From Myxococcota bacterium (GTDB taxonomy: Bacteria; Myxococcota_A; UBA9160; UBA4427), in assembly GCA_045106235.1 (NCBI GenBank), contig JBGCEJ010000021.1, forward strand, positions 20,893-84,892: a DNA stretch of 64,000 nt, given 5' to 3'. The notes below the pieces were generated by a model. It worked only from the letters and a program-made list of their open reading frames with translations. It made no database searches and was not told the DNA's origin. Position numbers and translations under genes: made by a program. This document shows, one piece after another, positions 38,261 through 46,432 of this stretch (the first letter of the stretch is position 1; each line of letters begins with the position of its first letter).

Positions 38261-39652
38261 CTAACGCGGTTGCTGCCGGAGATGATAGCTCTTGGGCCGC
38301 GTGACCGAGCCGAACCCGAGCTTCGAGAGCGAGCATCCGAACCCCGAATCCTTCACGCCGGTCCAGGCGAGGGCGGGGTCGAGATAGTCGCAGCGATTCA
38401 TGAAGACCGTGCCCGCTTCGACGTCTTCGGCGAGCGCTGCGCCGCGTTCATCGTCCGCGGTCCAGATCGAAGCGGTCAGCCCGAACTCGGAATCGTTCAT
38501 GAGCGCGAGTCCTTCCGCGTCGTTGGCGACCGGCATGATGCCGATTGCGGGGCCGAAGGTCTCTTCATGCATGAGGGGCATGGAATGGTCGACATTGACC
38601 AGAACCTGCGGCGCCAAATAACAACCCGACGCGTCGGGGACCGCGAAGTCGCCGTCGCCGAGGAGCTGCTTCGCTCCGTTTGCGACCGCGGCGGCGACTT
38701 GATCGCGCACAAAATTGGCTGATTTCGCATCGACCAGCGGCCCGAGCGTGGTCGCGGCCTCGAGAGGATTGCCCACAACGTAGTTGCGCGTCTGTGCGAC
38801 GTAGGCTTCCACGAAATCGTCGTACACGGCTTCAGCGACGTAGATCCGCTCGATCCCGCAGCAGCTCTGTCCCGCGTTGTAGAACGCACCGTCGACGAGA
38901 TTCTCCGCCGCGAAAGCGAGATCCGCGTCCTCGAGGACGAGCGCAGGATCCTTTCCGCCGAGTTCCATCCCGGCTTGAATGAAATTGTCCTGGGCAAGGG
39001 CGCGGTAGATTTCATGCCCGCCGCGGACGGAACCTGTAAAAGAGACGTAGCCAAGGGCGCGCGAGCCGATCAGCTTGGCTGTCGTGGCGTGATCCATGGG
39101 CATGGCTTGAACGAGGCCTTCCGGGGCGCCCGCTTCCGAGAAGGCACGCGCGAATTGATCGGCCACGAGCGCCGTTTGCGACGCGTGCTTCACGAGCACC
39201 GAATTGCCTGCGAGGACGGCGGGGACGATCACGTTGACCGCGATCGCGAGGGGATAGTTCCAGGCCGCGATGTCGAGCACCACGCCGACCGGGTCATGCC
39301 GAATGAAACGTTGGAAGCCTTCTTTCGCAGGCAGTGTCTCGTCGGCGAGTGCTTCAGGAGCAATCTCGCAGAGATGCTCAACGCGCTCGACCATGGTGCC
39401 TTCAAATTCGCCGCGGGCCTGAGCGAGCGGCTTCCCCATCATGCGCGTGATTTCTTCCGCATTCTGGTCCAGGCGAGCTCCGTAAGCGGCGAGCATTCCT
39501 CGACAGAGCGCGATGCGGTCCTCGACCGAAACGTCGCGCCATGCCCGGCTGGTTGCGGAGGCAAGTTCAAGACGCTGGCCGACGGTGGCGTCATCAAGAA
39601 GGTCGAAGCGGTAGGCAGGTTTCCCGTCGATGGGGCTGATGATTTCAGGCAT
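38261..39652 (-). CDS. NAD(P)-dependent aldehyde dehydrogenase
   Basis: ORF 38261..39805. Start at ATG 39652 (MPEIISPIDG). Catalytic 'MELGGKDPALV' and 'GQSCCGIERIYV'. Confidence 0.88.
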   Translation of the reverse strand: MPEIISPIDGKPAYRFDLLDDATVGQRLELASATSRAWRDVSVEDRIALCRGMLAAYGARLDQNAEEITRMMGKPLAQARGEFEGTMVERVEHLCEIAPEALADETLPAKEGFQRFIRHDPVGVVLDIAAWNYPLAIAVNVIVPAVLAGNSVLVKHASQTALVADQFARAFSEAGAPEGLVQAMPMDHATTAKLIGSRALGYVSFTGSVRGGHEIYRALAQDNFIQAGMELGGKDPALVLEDADLAFAAENLVDGAFYNAGQSCCGIERIYVAEAVYDDFVEAYVAQTRNYVVGNPLEAATTLGPLVDAKSANFVRDQVAAAVANGAKQLLGDGDFAVPDASGCYLAPQVLVNVDHSMPLMHEETFGPAIGIMPVANDAEGLALMNDSEFGLTASIWTADDERGAALAEDVEAGTVFMNRCDYLDPALAWTGVKDSGFGCSLSKLGFGSVTRPKSYHLRQQPR

Positions 39653-39723
39653 TCCGAGAGAGTATGCGGCCCTGCGCCAAAGGAAAGACCCCGAGCTGCG
39701 GAAGCGGCGCGGCGAGGGGCCGC

Positions 39724-40227
39724 TTACAGGGCATTGGCCCGGAGTCCCGGCACCTCTGATTCGGGAACCGGAGCTCCGGTTCGGTAGTTTTCTGCAAGGC
39801 AGCACGCCGTGTCGATCACGTTGCGCGCGAAAATCCGGGACAGGAAGGCTTTGTCGAGCGCTCGTCCGAGCAGGCCGAAGGGCAGGGTGTAATGAAGCGC
39901 GGTGTGGATCTCCGTTTCTCCCTCACTCACGCGACGAAAGGAATATTCGAAGGAGGCTTCCTTGAACGGCTTGGGCGGCGCATCGCCTTTATGAAGGCGG
40001 ATGATCATGCCGACCCCTTCGTTCCAGGTTGTCACGGTTTCATGCATGTCGCCGAACTGGCGATGGCTGACGATGCGGCTCGCGCCGACGCCCTCTTTGA
40101 TGTCCGAGACGATGACGCAGTCCGTCAGCCCAGGGACGTAGTCCTTGGCCCGGGTGAGGTCCCGGAAATAGGTCCAGCAGGTTTCGATCGGGAGCGGGAT
40201 CGGGGCAGCGGCGCGGACGGTGGTCAT
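39724..40227 (-). CDS. SRPBCC (START/polyketide cyclase-like) family protein
   Basis: 167 aa. The 'W.YFRDLTRAKDYVPG' N-terminus and overall length are typical of SRPBCC proteins. Confidence 0.65.
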   Translation of the reverse strand: MTTVRAAAPIPLPIETCWTYFRDLTRAKDYVPGLTDCVIVSDIKEGVGASRIVSHRQFGDMHETVTTWNEGVGMIIRLHKGDAPPKPFKEASFEYSFRRVSEGETEIHTALHYTLPFGLLGRALDKAFLSRIFARNVIDTACCLAENYRTGAPVPESEVPGLRANAL

Positions 40228-40395
40228 GACGGTGAGTCCTCTTTTCGGGGATAGGCGGCGTGAGTATGCCGCCCTTTGGCCCGCGCGTCTCGCGTCCGAA
40301 TCGCTACTGTCTCAAGCGTTGTGAAGTAGAGAGGCCAGGCCGTCTACGCCACAACGCGATCTTGATCCGCAAGCCGAAGCCAAGGAGTCAGCGCT

Positions 40396-41376
40396 GTGAA
40401 AGCCGTCGTCTGTAAAGAATTTGGACCGCCCGAGAACCTCGTGATCGAAGAGGTTCCGGATCCCAGCGCTGGCCCGGGGGAGATCGTGATCGAGTCTCGC
40501 GCCTCGACGGTGACTTTTCCCGATGCGCTGATGATCGAGGATAAATATCAGTTCAAGGCGCCGCTTCCCTTTATCCCGGGCGGCGAGGCTGCGGGCGTTG
40601 TGGCGGAAGTGGGCGAGGGCGTCGAAGGGTTCAAGGTGGGCGACCGTGTGGTGGGGAGCACGATGCTCGTCGGCGGCTTCTGCGAGCGCGTTCTCGTGAA
40701 AGCGAATGCGGCTCGGAAGCTGCCCGATAACCTTGGCTTCGCGGAGTCGACGGGAATTCTGTACGCCTACGGGACGGGCTACTACGGTCTTAAATACCGC
40801 GGTGGGCTGAAGGCGGGGGAGACGCTGCTTGTGTTAGGCGCAGCGGGAAACGTCGGGCTGGCGGCAGTAGAACTCGGCAAGCTGATGGGCGCGAAAGTGA
40901 TCGCAGCGGCCTCGAGCGCCGAGAAGCTCTCGGTCTGCCGCGACCGCGGCGCCGATGAGGTCATCGACTACTCGAAGGAGGATCTCAAGACCCGCGCGAA
41001 GGAATTGACGGACGGCAAGGGTGTCGACGTGATCTACGACTGTATTGGCGGCGACTATGCCGAATCGGCTCTGCGCGCTATCGCCTGGGAAGGTCGCTTC
41101 CTGGTGATCGGATTTACGGCGGGGATTCCGCAGCTGCCGCTGAACCTTACGCTGCTTAAGAGTTGTCAGGTCGTGGGTGTTTTCTACGGCGCGATGGTTC
41201 AGCGTCAGCCCGATCTTCGCGACGAAATCGCGGCGGATCTGGACCGGATGGCGTCCGAGGGCCAGCTGCATCCCTATGTGTCCGCGCGCTATTCCCTCGA
41301 GGAGGGGCCGCAGGCGCTGCGGGCGCTGCTCGACCGGAAGGTGACGGGGAAGGTCGTCGTCGAGGCCAACCGCTAG
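40396..41376 (+). CDS. NADPH:quinone oxidoreductase / zinc-type MDR family
   Basis: 326 aa with a GTG start. 'ETLLVLGAAGNVGLAAVELGK' is the Rossmann motif. The C-terminus 'GKVVV' is typical. Confidence 0.88.
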   Translation: MKAVVCKEFGPPENLVIEEVPDPSAGPGEIVIESRASTVTFPDALMIEDKYQFKAPLPFIPGGEAAGVVAEVGEGVEGFKVGDRVVGSTMLVGGFCERVLVKANAARKLPDNLGFAESTGILYAYGTGYYGLKYRGGLKAGETLLVLGAAGNVGLAAVELGKLMGAKVIAAASSAEKLSVCRDRGADEVIDYSKEDLKTRAKELTDGKGVDVIYDCIGGDYAESALRAIAWEGRFLVIGFTAGIPQLPLNLTLLKSCQVVGVFYGAMVQRQPDLRDEIAADLDRMASEGQLHPYVSARYSLEEGPQALRALLDRKVTGKVVVEANR

Positions 41377-41384
41377 GTGCGAGC

Positions 41385-42134
41385 CTAACGTCCTTGCTCG
41401 CGCAGGACGGGCTCGAGGGTGGTCCAGAGTCGTTCGGCGATGAGCTGGTGGCCTTCCGCGGTCGGGTGAATTCCGTCGGCTTGATTGAGATTTCGGCGAG
41501 CGGCGACGTCTTCGAGGAGGAAGGGGACGAGTGCCGCTTTGTAGCGCTCTGCCAGGGCGGGGTAGACCCCATCGAAGGCATCGCCGTATTCGCGACCGAG
41601 GTTAGGCGCAGCGCGCATGCCGGCGATCACGAACTTGACGCCGGGATGTCGGGCGGCGGTTTGGTCGAGGATGGCTTCGAGGTTGGTCTTGAGCTGATCT
41701 GCACGCTGTCCCCGCAGCATATCGTTTGCTCCGAGTTCGAGGACCAGGACGGCGACGGGCATGCGGAGGAGCCAGTCGATTCGTCGGAGCCCGCCCGCGG
41801 AGGTGTCTCCACTCACGCCCGCGTTCACTGCGCGGAAATCGAGGCCGGCTTCCACCATGCGCTCCTGGATTAGCGCGGGGAAAGCCTCATCCTCGGGCAA
41901 CCCGTATCCAGCGGTGATGCTCGTACCCAGAAAAAGAACGACGGGCGCATCTTCTCGCGGTTCGGCGGTTTTGCCGGCCGAGGACGCCTGCTGGGGCGCA
42001 GGTGCTTCTCGGGGGTCGGCACCACCGGCCGCAGGGGAATCTGGGGATTCGGCGCTGCAATGAAGCAGGGCGATCGCAGCGATCGATGCACAAGCAAGTC
42101 TCAGACAGTAAGGTACGGAGCGCAGCGCCTTTAT
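41385..42134 (-). CDS. SGNH/GDSL hydrolase, TesA-like arylesterase/thioesterase with signal peptide; non-canonical start
   Basis: Track ORF 41385..41900 starts at an internal TTG and lacks SGNH block I. The same frame is open upstream to a TGA and encodes (I)KALRSVPYCLRLACASIAAIALLHCSAESP...VVLFLGTSITAGYGL (block I). Blocks II (NAGVSGDTS), III (GAND) and V (DGIHP) follow. There is no ATG/GTG/TTG in the open stretch. Candidate starts are ATA 42134 (which gives MKALRS..., with AGGAAAG 6 nt upstream) and CTG 42125. Confidence 0.7.
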   Translation of the reverse strand: MKALRSVPYCLRLACASIAAIALLHCSAESPDSPAAGGADPREAPAPQQASSAGKTAEPREDAPVVLFLGTSITAGYGLPEDEAFPALIQERMVEAGLDFRAVNAGVSGDTSAGGLRRIDWLLRMPVAVLVLELGANDMLRGQRADQLKTNLEAILDQTAARHPGVKFVIAGMRAAPNLGREYGDAFDGVYPALAERYKAALVPFLLEDVAARRNLNQADGIHPTAEGHQLIAERLWTTLEPVLREQGR

Positions 42135-42172
42135 CTCCCACTTTCCTGATGGAATGGATGGCCTTTTCGCGC

Positions 42173-42940
42173 ATGATCCTCGCTCGCAATCTGACTCAGC
42201 GCTACTCCCGTGGCGGGGCCCGGGAGGGCGAATCCCTCACGGTTCTCGACGGGGTCGACCTTGAAATCCAGCAGGGCGAGGTCGTCGTGATTCTCGGCCC
42301 GTCTGGGAGCGGCAAGACGACGCTTCTTGGGCTGCTCGCGGGTCTCGACCGGCCGAGTGAGGGCGATGTGGAGCTGGCGGGGGCTTTGCTTTCGAGTCTC
42401 GACGAGGACGCGCGGGCGGCGCTTCGGGCGGAGCGGATTGGCTTCATCTTTCAGAGCTTCCATCTGATTCCGACGCTCTCCGCACTCGAGAACGTGTTGG
42501 TCCCCCTGGAGCTGCTTCCCGCTTCGCGTGCGCCGCGTCCTGCGGAGGCGGAAAAGGCGGCGCGGGCGCTGCTCGAGCGCGTCGGGCTCTCCGGGCGCCT
42601 CGATCATTACCCGGCTCAACTTTCCGGCGGTGAGCAGCAGCGGGTCGGGATCGCGCGCGCGTTTGCGAATCAACCTGCGGTGCTTTTCGCGGATGAGCCG
42701 ACGGGAAATCTCGACCGGGAGACCGGAGACGAGATCACGCGGCTGCTCTTCGAGCTGAACCGCCAGCACGATACGACCCTCGTGATCGTGACTCATGATC
42801 TCGAACTCAGCCGAAAGGCCGACCGCATCATCCATATCGCCGGGGGACGCGTCGACCGGATCGAAGTGGGCGAGGGGCAGCGCGCAGCGAGCCCCACCGA
42901 GACTTCGTCGCCGTCCGCGCGCGCGGAAAAAGGCGCATGA
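42173..42940 (+). CDS. ABC transporter ATP-binding protein (YbbA/LolD-like)
   Basis: ORF 42002..42940. Start at ATG 42173 (MILARNLTQRY). Walker A 'GPSGSGKTT', signature 'LSGGEQQR' and Walker B 'LFADEPTGNLD'. Confidence 0.88.
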   Translation: MILARNLTQRYSRGGAREGESLTVLDGVDLEIQQGEVVVILGPSGSGKTTLLGLLAGLDRPSEGDVELAGALLSSLDEDARAALRAERIGFIFQSFHLIPTLSALENVLVPLELLPASRAPRPAEAEKAARALLERVGLSGRLDHYPAQLSGGEQQRVGIARAFANQPAVLFADEPTGNLDRETGDEITRLLFELNRQHDTTLVIVTHDLELSRKADRIIHIAGGRVDRIEVGEGQRAASPTETSSPSARAEKGA

Positions 42941-45531
42941 AGTCGCGGTTTGTCTTGGGGATGGTCCGCCGGGAGATGCGTGCGGCGGCGCGGCGCTTCG
43001 GCTTCTACGGTGGCTGTATGGCGATCGGCATTGCGGTGGTGGTTTGCCTGTATTCGCTGCGTTCGGCGGTGAACGAGGCGGTGGACCTGCGTTCGAAGGA
43101 ACTCTTGGGGGCGGATCTTCGGCTGGAGAGTCGAGATGCCTTTAGCGCGTTGGGCGCCCCCGACCTCGGTGGTCCGGAGCTTGCGAAAGCGATCGAGGCC
43201 CTCGAAGAGCGCGCCGGGGTGGCGCCTTCACGCGTCACTCGGCTCGGCTCGATGGCGCTGGCGGAGAAGTCGGGGCGGAGCCGCTTGGTCGATTTGCTCG
43301 CGATCGAAGGCGAGTATCCGCTCTACGGAGAAGTCTGGACGAAGCCCTTCGGACGCTGGTCTGAATTCGGCAAGCAGGCGGGGAAGGTCTTTGTCGATTC
43401 AACCTTGTTAGTCCAGATTGATATCGCGGTCGGCGATTCGCTGCGGATCGGCAGCCAGCAATTCGAGGTCGCGGGGGCCGTGACGAAGGCGCCCGGGAGT
43501 TTCGGGATGCAGGCGGAGGTGGCGCCCCGGGTTTTTCTGATGAAGAGCGACCTTGACCGGACGGGCCTCTTGCAAGAGGGCAGCATGGTCTCGCATCTGC
43601 GGTACTACCCCTTGCCGAGCGATTTCGTAGATGGATGGGTGAGCCGGAACGAGACGCTGCTGGCCGAAGCGCGGGTTCGGACGCAGACGGTGAGCGGCTA
43701 TCAAGAGGATATGTCCGAGGCATTCGGGAGTCTGACGCGGTATCTCGGCTTGGTGGGCCTCGCGGCTTTGGTGCTGGGGAGCATCGGCGTTGCGGCGGGT
43801 GTGCGCGTCTTCATTCGCGAGAAGATGCAGAGCGTCGCATTGTTGCGATCCATCGGGGCATCGCCGGGCGATGTCGTGGCGATCTATACGGGCCTCGCGA
43901 TTGCGCTGGGCCTTGCGGCGGGGGCACTCGGGATTTTGCTCTGCATTCCGCTGCTCTGGGTTGTGCCGGGGTTGTTCGCGGGGTTGCTGCCCGTTGAGGT
44001 GGAGCTCGGGGTGGGGCCCGGCGCGATCGCGACGGGACTCGGTTTGAGCGTTTGGGCCACGCTGCTCTGCGCGATGGGGCCTGTTTTTGATTTGGCGGCC
44101 GTTCCGCCGCTTCGGGCGCTGCGACAGGATTTTTCGCCGGCGGGCGGCGCCGGCGCGAATCGGGCGCGGCGGGGGCGCTGGCTTTCAATCGCGGCCGTCG
44201 TGATCAGTCTCTTGTTGGCTTCGGTTTGGCAGGCGGGCGATCTGCGGGTGGGGCTTTTCTTCGCCGGGGGATTGGTTCTGACCGTGGGCGTCCTAGCGGT
44301 TTCGGCGCTCGGGTTGATTCGGTTGCTGCGGTCGGCGCCGCCGCGGCGGTTCAGTTATGCCGCGCGCCAGGGCATCGCGAACCTTTTTCGCCCGCGCAAT
44401 CACACTCTGCCCACCACGATTGCGATTGGTTTCGCGCTCTTCGTCGTGGCGACGATTCAGATCGTTCAGAAGAACGTGATCGAGCAGATGGCGGTGGATA
44501 ATCGTCCGGACCGGCCGAATTTTGTGCTCTTCGATGTCCAGCGAGACCAGGTCGACGGCGTCGAATCCTTGCTCGATGAGTACGACGCGGCGGTGACGGA
44601 CCGGGCCCCCCTGATCTCGGCGCGGCTTTCGGGGATCAAGGGCACGTCGCGGAGTGATTATCTCGCGGATGGCGAGCTGGCCGAGGGGTTGCGCTGGGCG
44701 TTGCAGCGGGAATATCGCCTCACCTATCACGATACGCTCCGGGATACAGAAGAGTTAGTCGAAGGGGAATGGTGGCCGCCCGGGGCAACGTTCGCGGCAG
44801 GCGAGCCCTTTCCCGTCTCGCTCGAACGAGATCTCGCGGAGTCCCTGGGTGTGGGGGTCGGAGATGCTCTTCGCTGGCGGATTCAGGGCGTCGAGGTCGA
44901 CACGAAGGTGACCAGTCTGCGGCAGGTGGATTGGGGACGGATGGCCACGAATTTCTTCGTGGTTTTCCCGCCCGCGGCGCTCTCGCAGGCGCCCCAGAGC
45001 ACGGTGCTCCTTGCGTACTTAGGCGAGGAGGAGGCGCGGGCTTCTATGCAGCGTGATCTCGTCGGGCAATTCCCGAACGTCTCTGCGCTCGATGCGACGC
45101 TGATCTTGCGCTCGATGGATTCGATGTTCGAGCAAATCGGCGTGGCGATTCGGATTCTGGCGCTCTTTACGATGGGGACTGGGATCGCGATTCTGATCGC
45201 GGCTTCGATGGCAGCCCGGAGTGAGCGCGCGCGGGAAGCCGTCCTGCTTCGGGTTCTTGGCGCATCGCGCTCCGTCCTGCAGCGCATCGTCGCGACCGAG
45301 GCCGTTGTGCTTGCGGCGCTGGCGGCGGGGGTGGGTGGTTTGCTTTCGCTGGTGGCGGGCTGGGCTGTGGTGGTTTTCGTCTTCGACCTGCCTTTTGCGC
45401 CGCCGCTTTTGGACGTGGCTGCTTTGGCCCTCGCCACATTCGGAGTGACCGCGCTCTTTGGCGGACTCGGGGGGGCGAGCGGGGCTTCGGGGTCGCCTCA
45501 GGAGGCGCTTCGCGGGCATCTTGCGGGCTGA
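42937..45531 (+). CDS. FtsX-like ABC transporter permease, duplicated (YbbP-like)
   Basis: 864 aa, with a 4-nt overlap with the ATPase gene. Two FtsX-type 4-TM modules are separated by large loops, as in E. coli YbbP. Confidence 0.8.
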   Translation: MKSRFVLGMVRREMRAAARRFGFYGGCMAIGIAVVVCLYSLRSAVNEAVDLRSKELLGADLRLESRDAFSALGAPDLGGPELAKAIEALEERAGVAPSRVTRLGSMALAEKSGRSRLVDLLAIEGEYPLYGEVWTKPFGRWSEFGKQAGKVFVDSTLLVQIDIAVGDSLRIGSQQFEVAGAVTKAPGSFGMQAEVAPRVFLMKSDLDRTGLLQEGSMVSHLRYYPLPSDFVDGWVSRNETLLAEARVRTQTVSGYQEDMSEAFGSLTRYLGLVGLAALVLGSIGVAAGVRVFIREKMQSVALLRSIGASPGDVVAIYTGLAIALGLAAGALGILLCIPLLWVVPGLFAGLLPVEVELGVGPGAIATGLGLSVWATLLCAMGPVFDLAAVPPLRALRQDFSPAGGAGANRARRGRWLSIAAVVISLLLASVWQAGDLRVGLFFAGGLVLTVGVLAVSALGLIRLLRSAPPRRFSYAARQGIANLFRPRNHTLPTTIAIGFALFVVATIQIVQKNVIEQMAVDNRPDRPNFVLFDVQRDQVDGVESLLDEYDAAVTDRAPLISARLSGIKGTSRSDYLADGELAEGLRWALQREYRLTYHDTLRDTEELVEGEWWPPGATFAAGEPFPVSLERDLAESLGVGVGDALRWRIQGVEVDTKVTSLRQVDWGRMATNFFVVFPPAALSQAPQSTVLLAYLGEEEARASMQRDLVGQFPNVSALDATLILRSMDSMFEQIGVAIRILALFTMGTGIAILIAASMAARSERAREAVLLRVLGASRSVLQRIVATEAVVLAALAAGVGGLLSLVAGWAVVVFVFDLPFAPPLLDVAALALATFGVTALFGGLGGASGASGSPQEALRGHLAG

Positions 45532-45533
45532 TT

Positions 45534-45559
45534 CCCGCCCCCGCCCCATCCCCGCCCCC
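45534..45559 (-). repeat. G-quadruplex-capable G-tract cluster (C-rich on the + strand)
   Basis: The + strand reads CCCgCCCCCgCCCCatCCCCgCCCCC. That is five runs of 3-5 C (G on the - strand) with 1-2 nt loops, starting 3 nt after the ybbP-like stop. Confidence 0.6.
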
Positions 45560-45643
45560 GCATCCTTGGCCGCGGCGGTCCCCGTCGGGCCGAGGGCTTG
45601 GTAGACTTCCGCTGTCGCGTAAAACGAGGCGACGGAGATCGAA

Positions 45644-46381
45644 TTGGCCAAAGGGCTCTCAGGCATCATCGCGGAAGCAAAGCGACGTCGCGTTTTTCGA
45701 ACGGCGGGCGTCTATCTCGTCGCGGTTTGGGGGATCTCTCAGGGGGCGGTCGAGCTGGCACCGCTCTTCGGCGCGCCCGACTGGGCTCTGCGCTGGGGGC
45801 TGATCGGCGCGGTTGGATTTCTGCCCTTCGTTGTGATCCTGGCCTGGATGTTTGATATCGGTCGCAGCGGGATCGTCCGAGATCCCCAGGATCTGTTGGC
45901 CCAAGAAGCGGCCGAAGCCGAGCTCGCGGAAATGCCCACGATCTTGGGCGGCGAAGAGGCGGTGGGCTCGGTCATTGTGCGCTGGTCCGATTCGAGTGGC
46001 GAGAACGCTTCGCTCTTTCTGGATGAGTTCTTCATCGGGCGCGGGAACGATTGCCGTGTGCGGGTCTACGATCCTTTGGTTTCGCGGAAGCATGCGCGGG
46101 TTTATCACGAGCAGGGCGGTTGGCTGATCGAGGATTTGGGTAGTCGGAACGGCACGCTTGTGGATGATGCACGGGTGGAGACGACCGCGGTCGACGGCAA
46201 GCATGAAGTCCGCGTCAACGAGGCGGGGCCCGTCTTAGTTTTCGAGCATGTGCCTGCGGGTGCGCCGACGCGCGATGCCATTTCTACTTTTCCAATGGGG
46301 CAGCCCGTTGCCCATGTTCGACCGGCTTCGCTCGCCCAGGATCAGACTCGAGGCATGGGCGTACGCGGCACAAAGCCCTAG
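45644..46381 (+). CDS. membrane-anchored FHA-domain protein
   Basis: 245 aa. TTG start 5 nt after GGAGA. N-terminal 'KRRRVFRTAGVYLVAVWGISQ' plus two TM helices. FHA core 'FFIGRGNDCRVRVYDPLVSRKHARVYHEQGGWLIEDLGSRNGTLV'. Confidence 0.8.
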   Translation: MAKGLSGIIAEAKRRRVFRTAGVYLVAVWGISQGAVELAPLFGAPDWALRWGLIGAVGFLPFVVILAWMFDIGRSGIVRDPQDLLAQEAAEAELAEMPTILGGEEAVGSVIVRWSDSSGENASLFLDEFFIGRGNDCRVRVYDPLVSRKHARVYHEQGGWLIEDLGSRNGTLVDDARVETTAVDGKHEVRVNEAGPVLVFEHVPAGAPTRDAISTFPMGQPVAHVRPASLAQDQTRGMGVRGTKP

Positions 46382-46432
46382 TCTGGGCTGAAGCAAATTG
46401 GGCGCGATCATCCGCGCATTGCAGGGGGAAAC

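Noticed and set aside
41870-42189. 75-aa and 100-aa - strand track ORFs covering the 5' part of the TesA-like gene.
   Set aside because: They are in the two other frames. The third frame encodes the signal peptide and SGNH block I contiguous with the rest of the enzyme, so these are frame artefacts caused by the missing canonical start.
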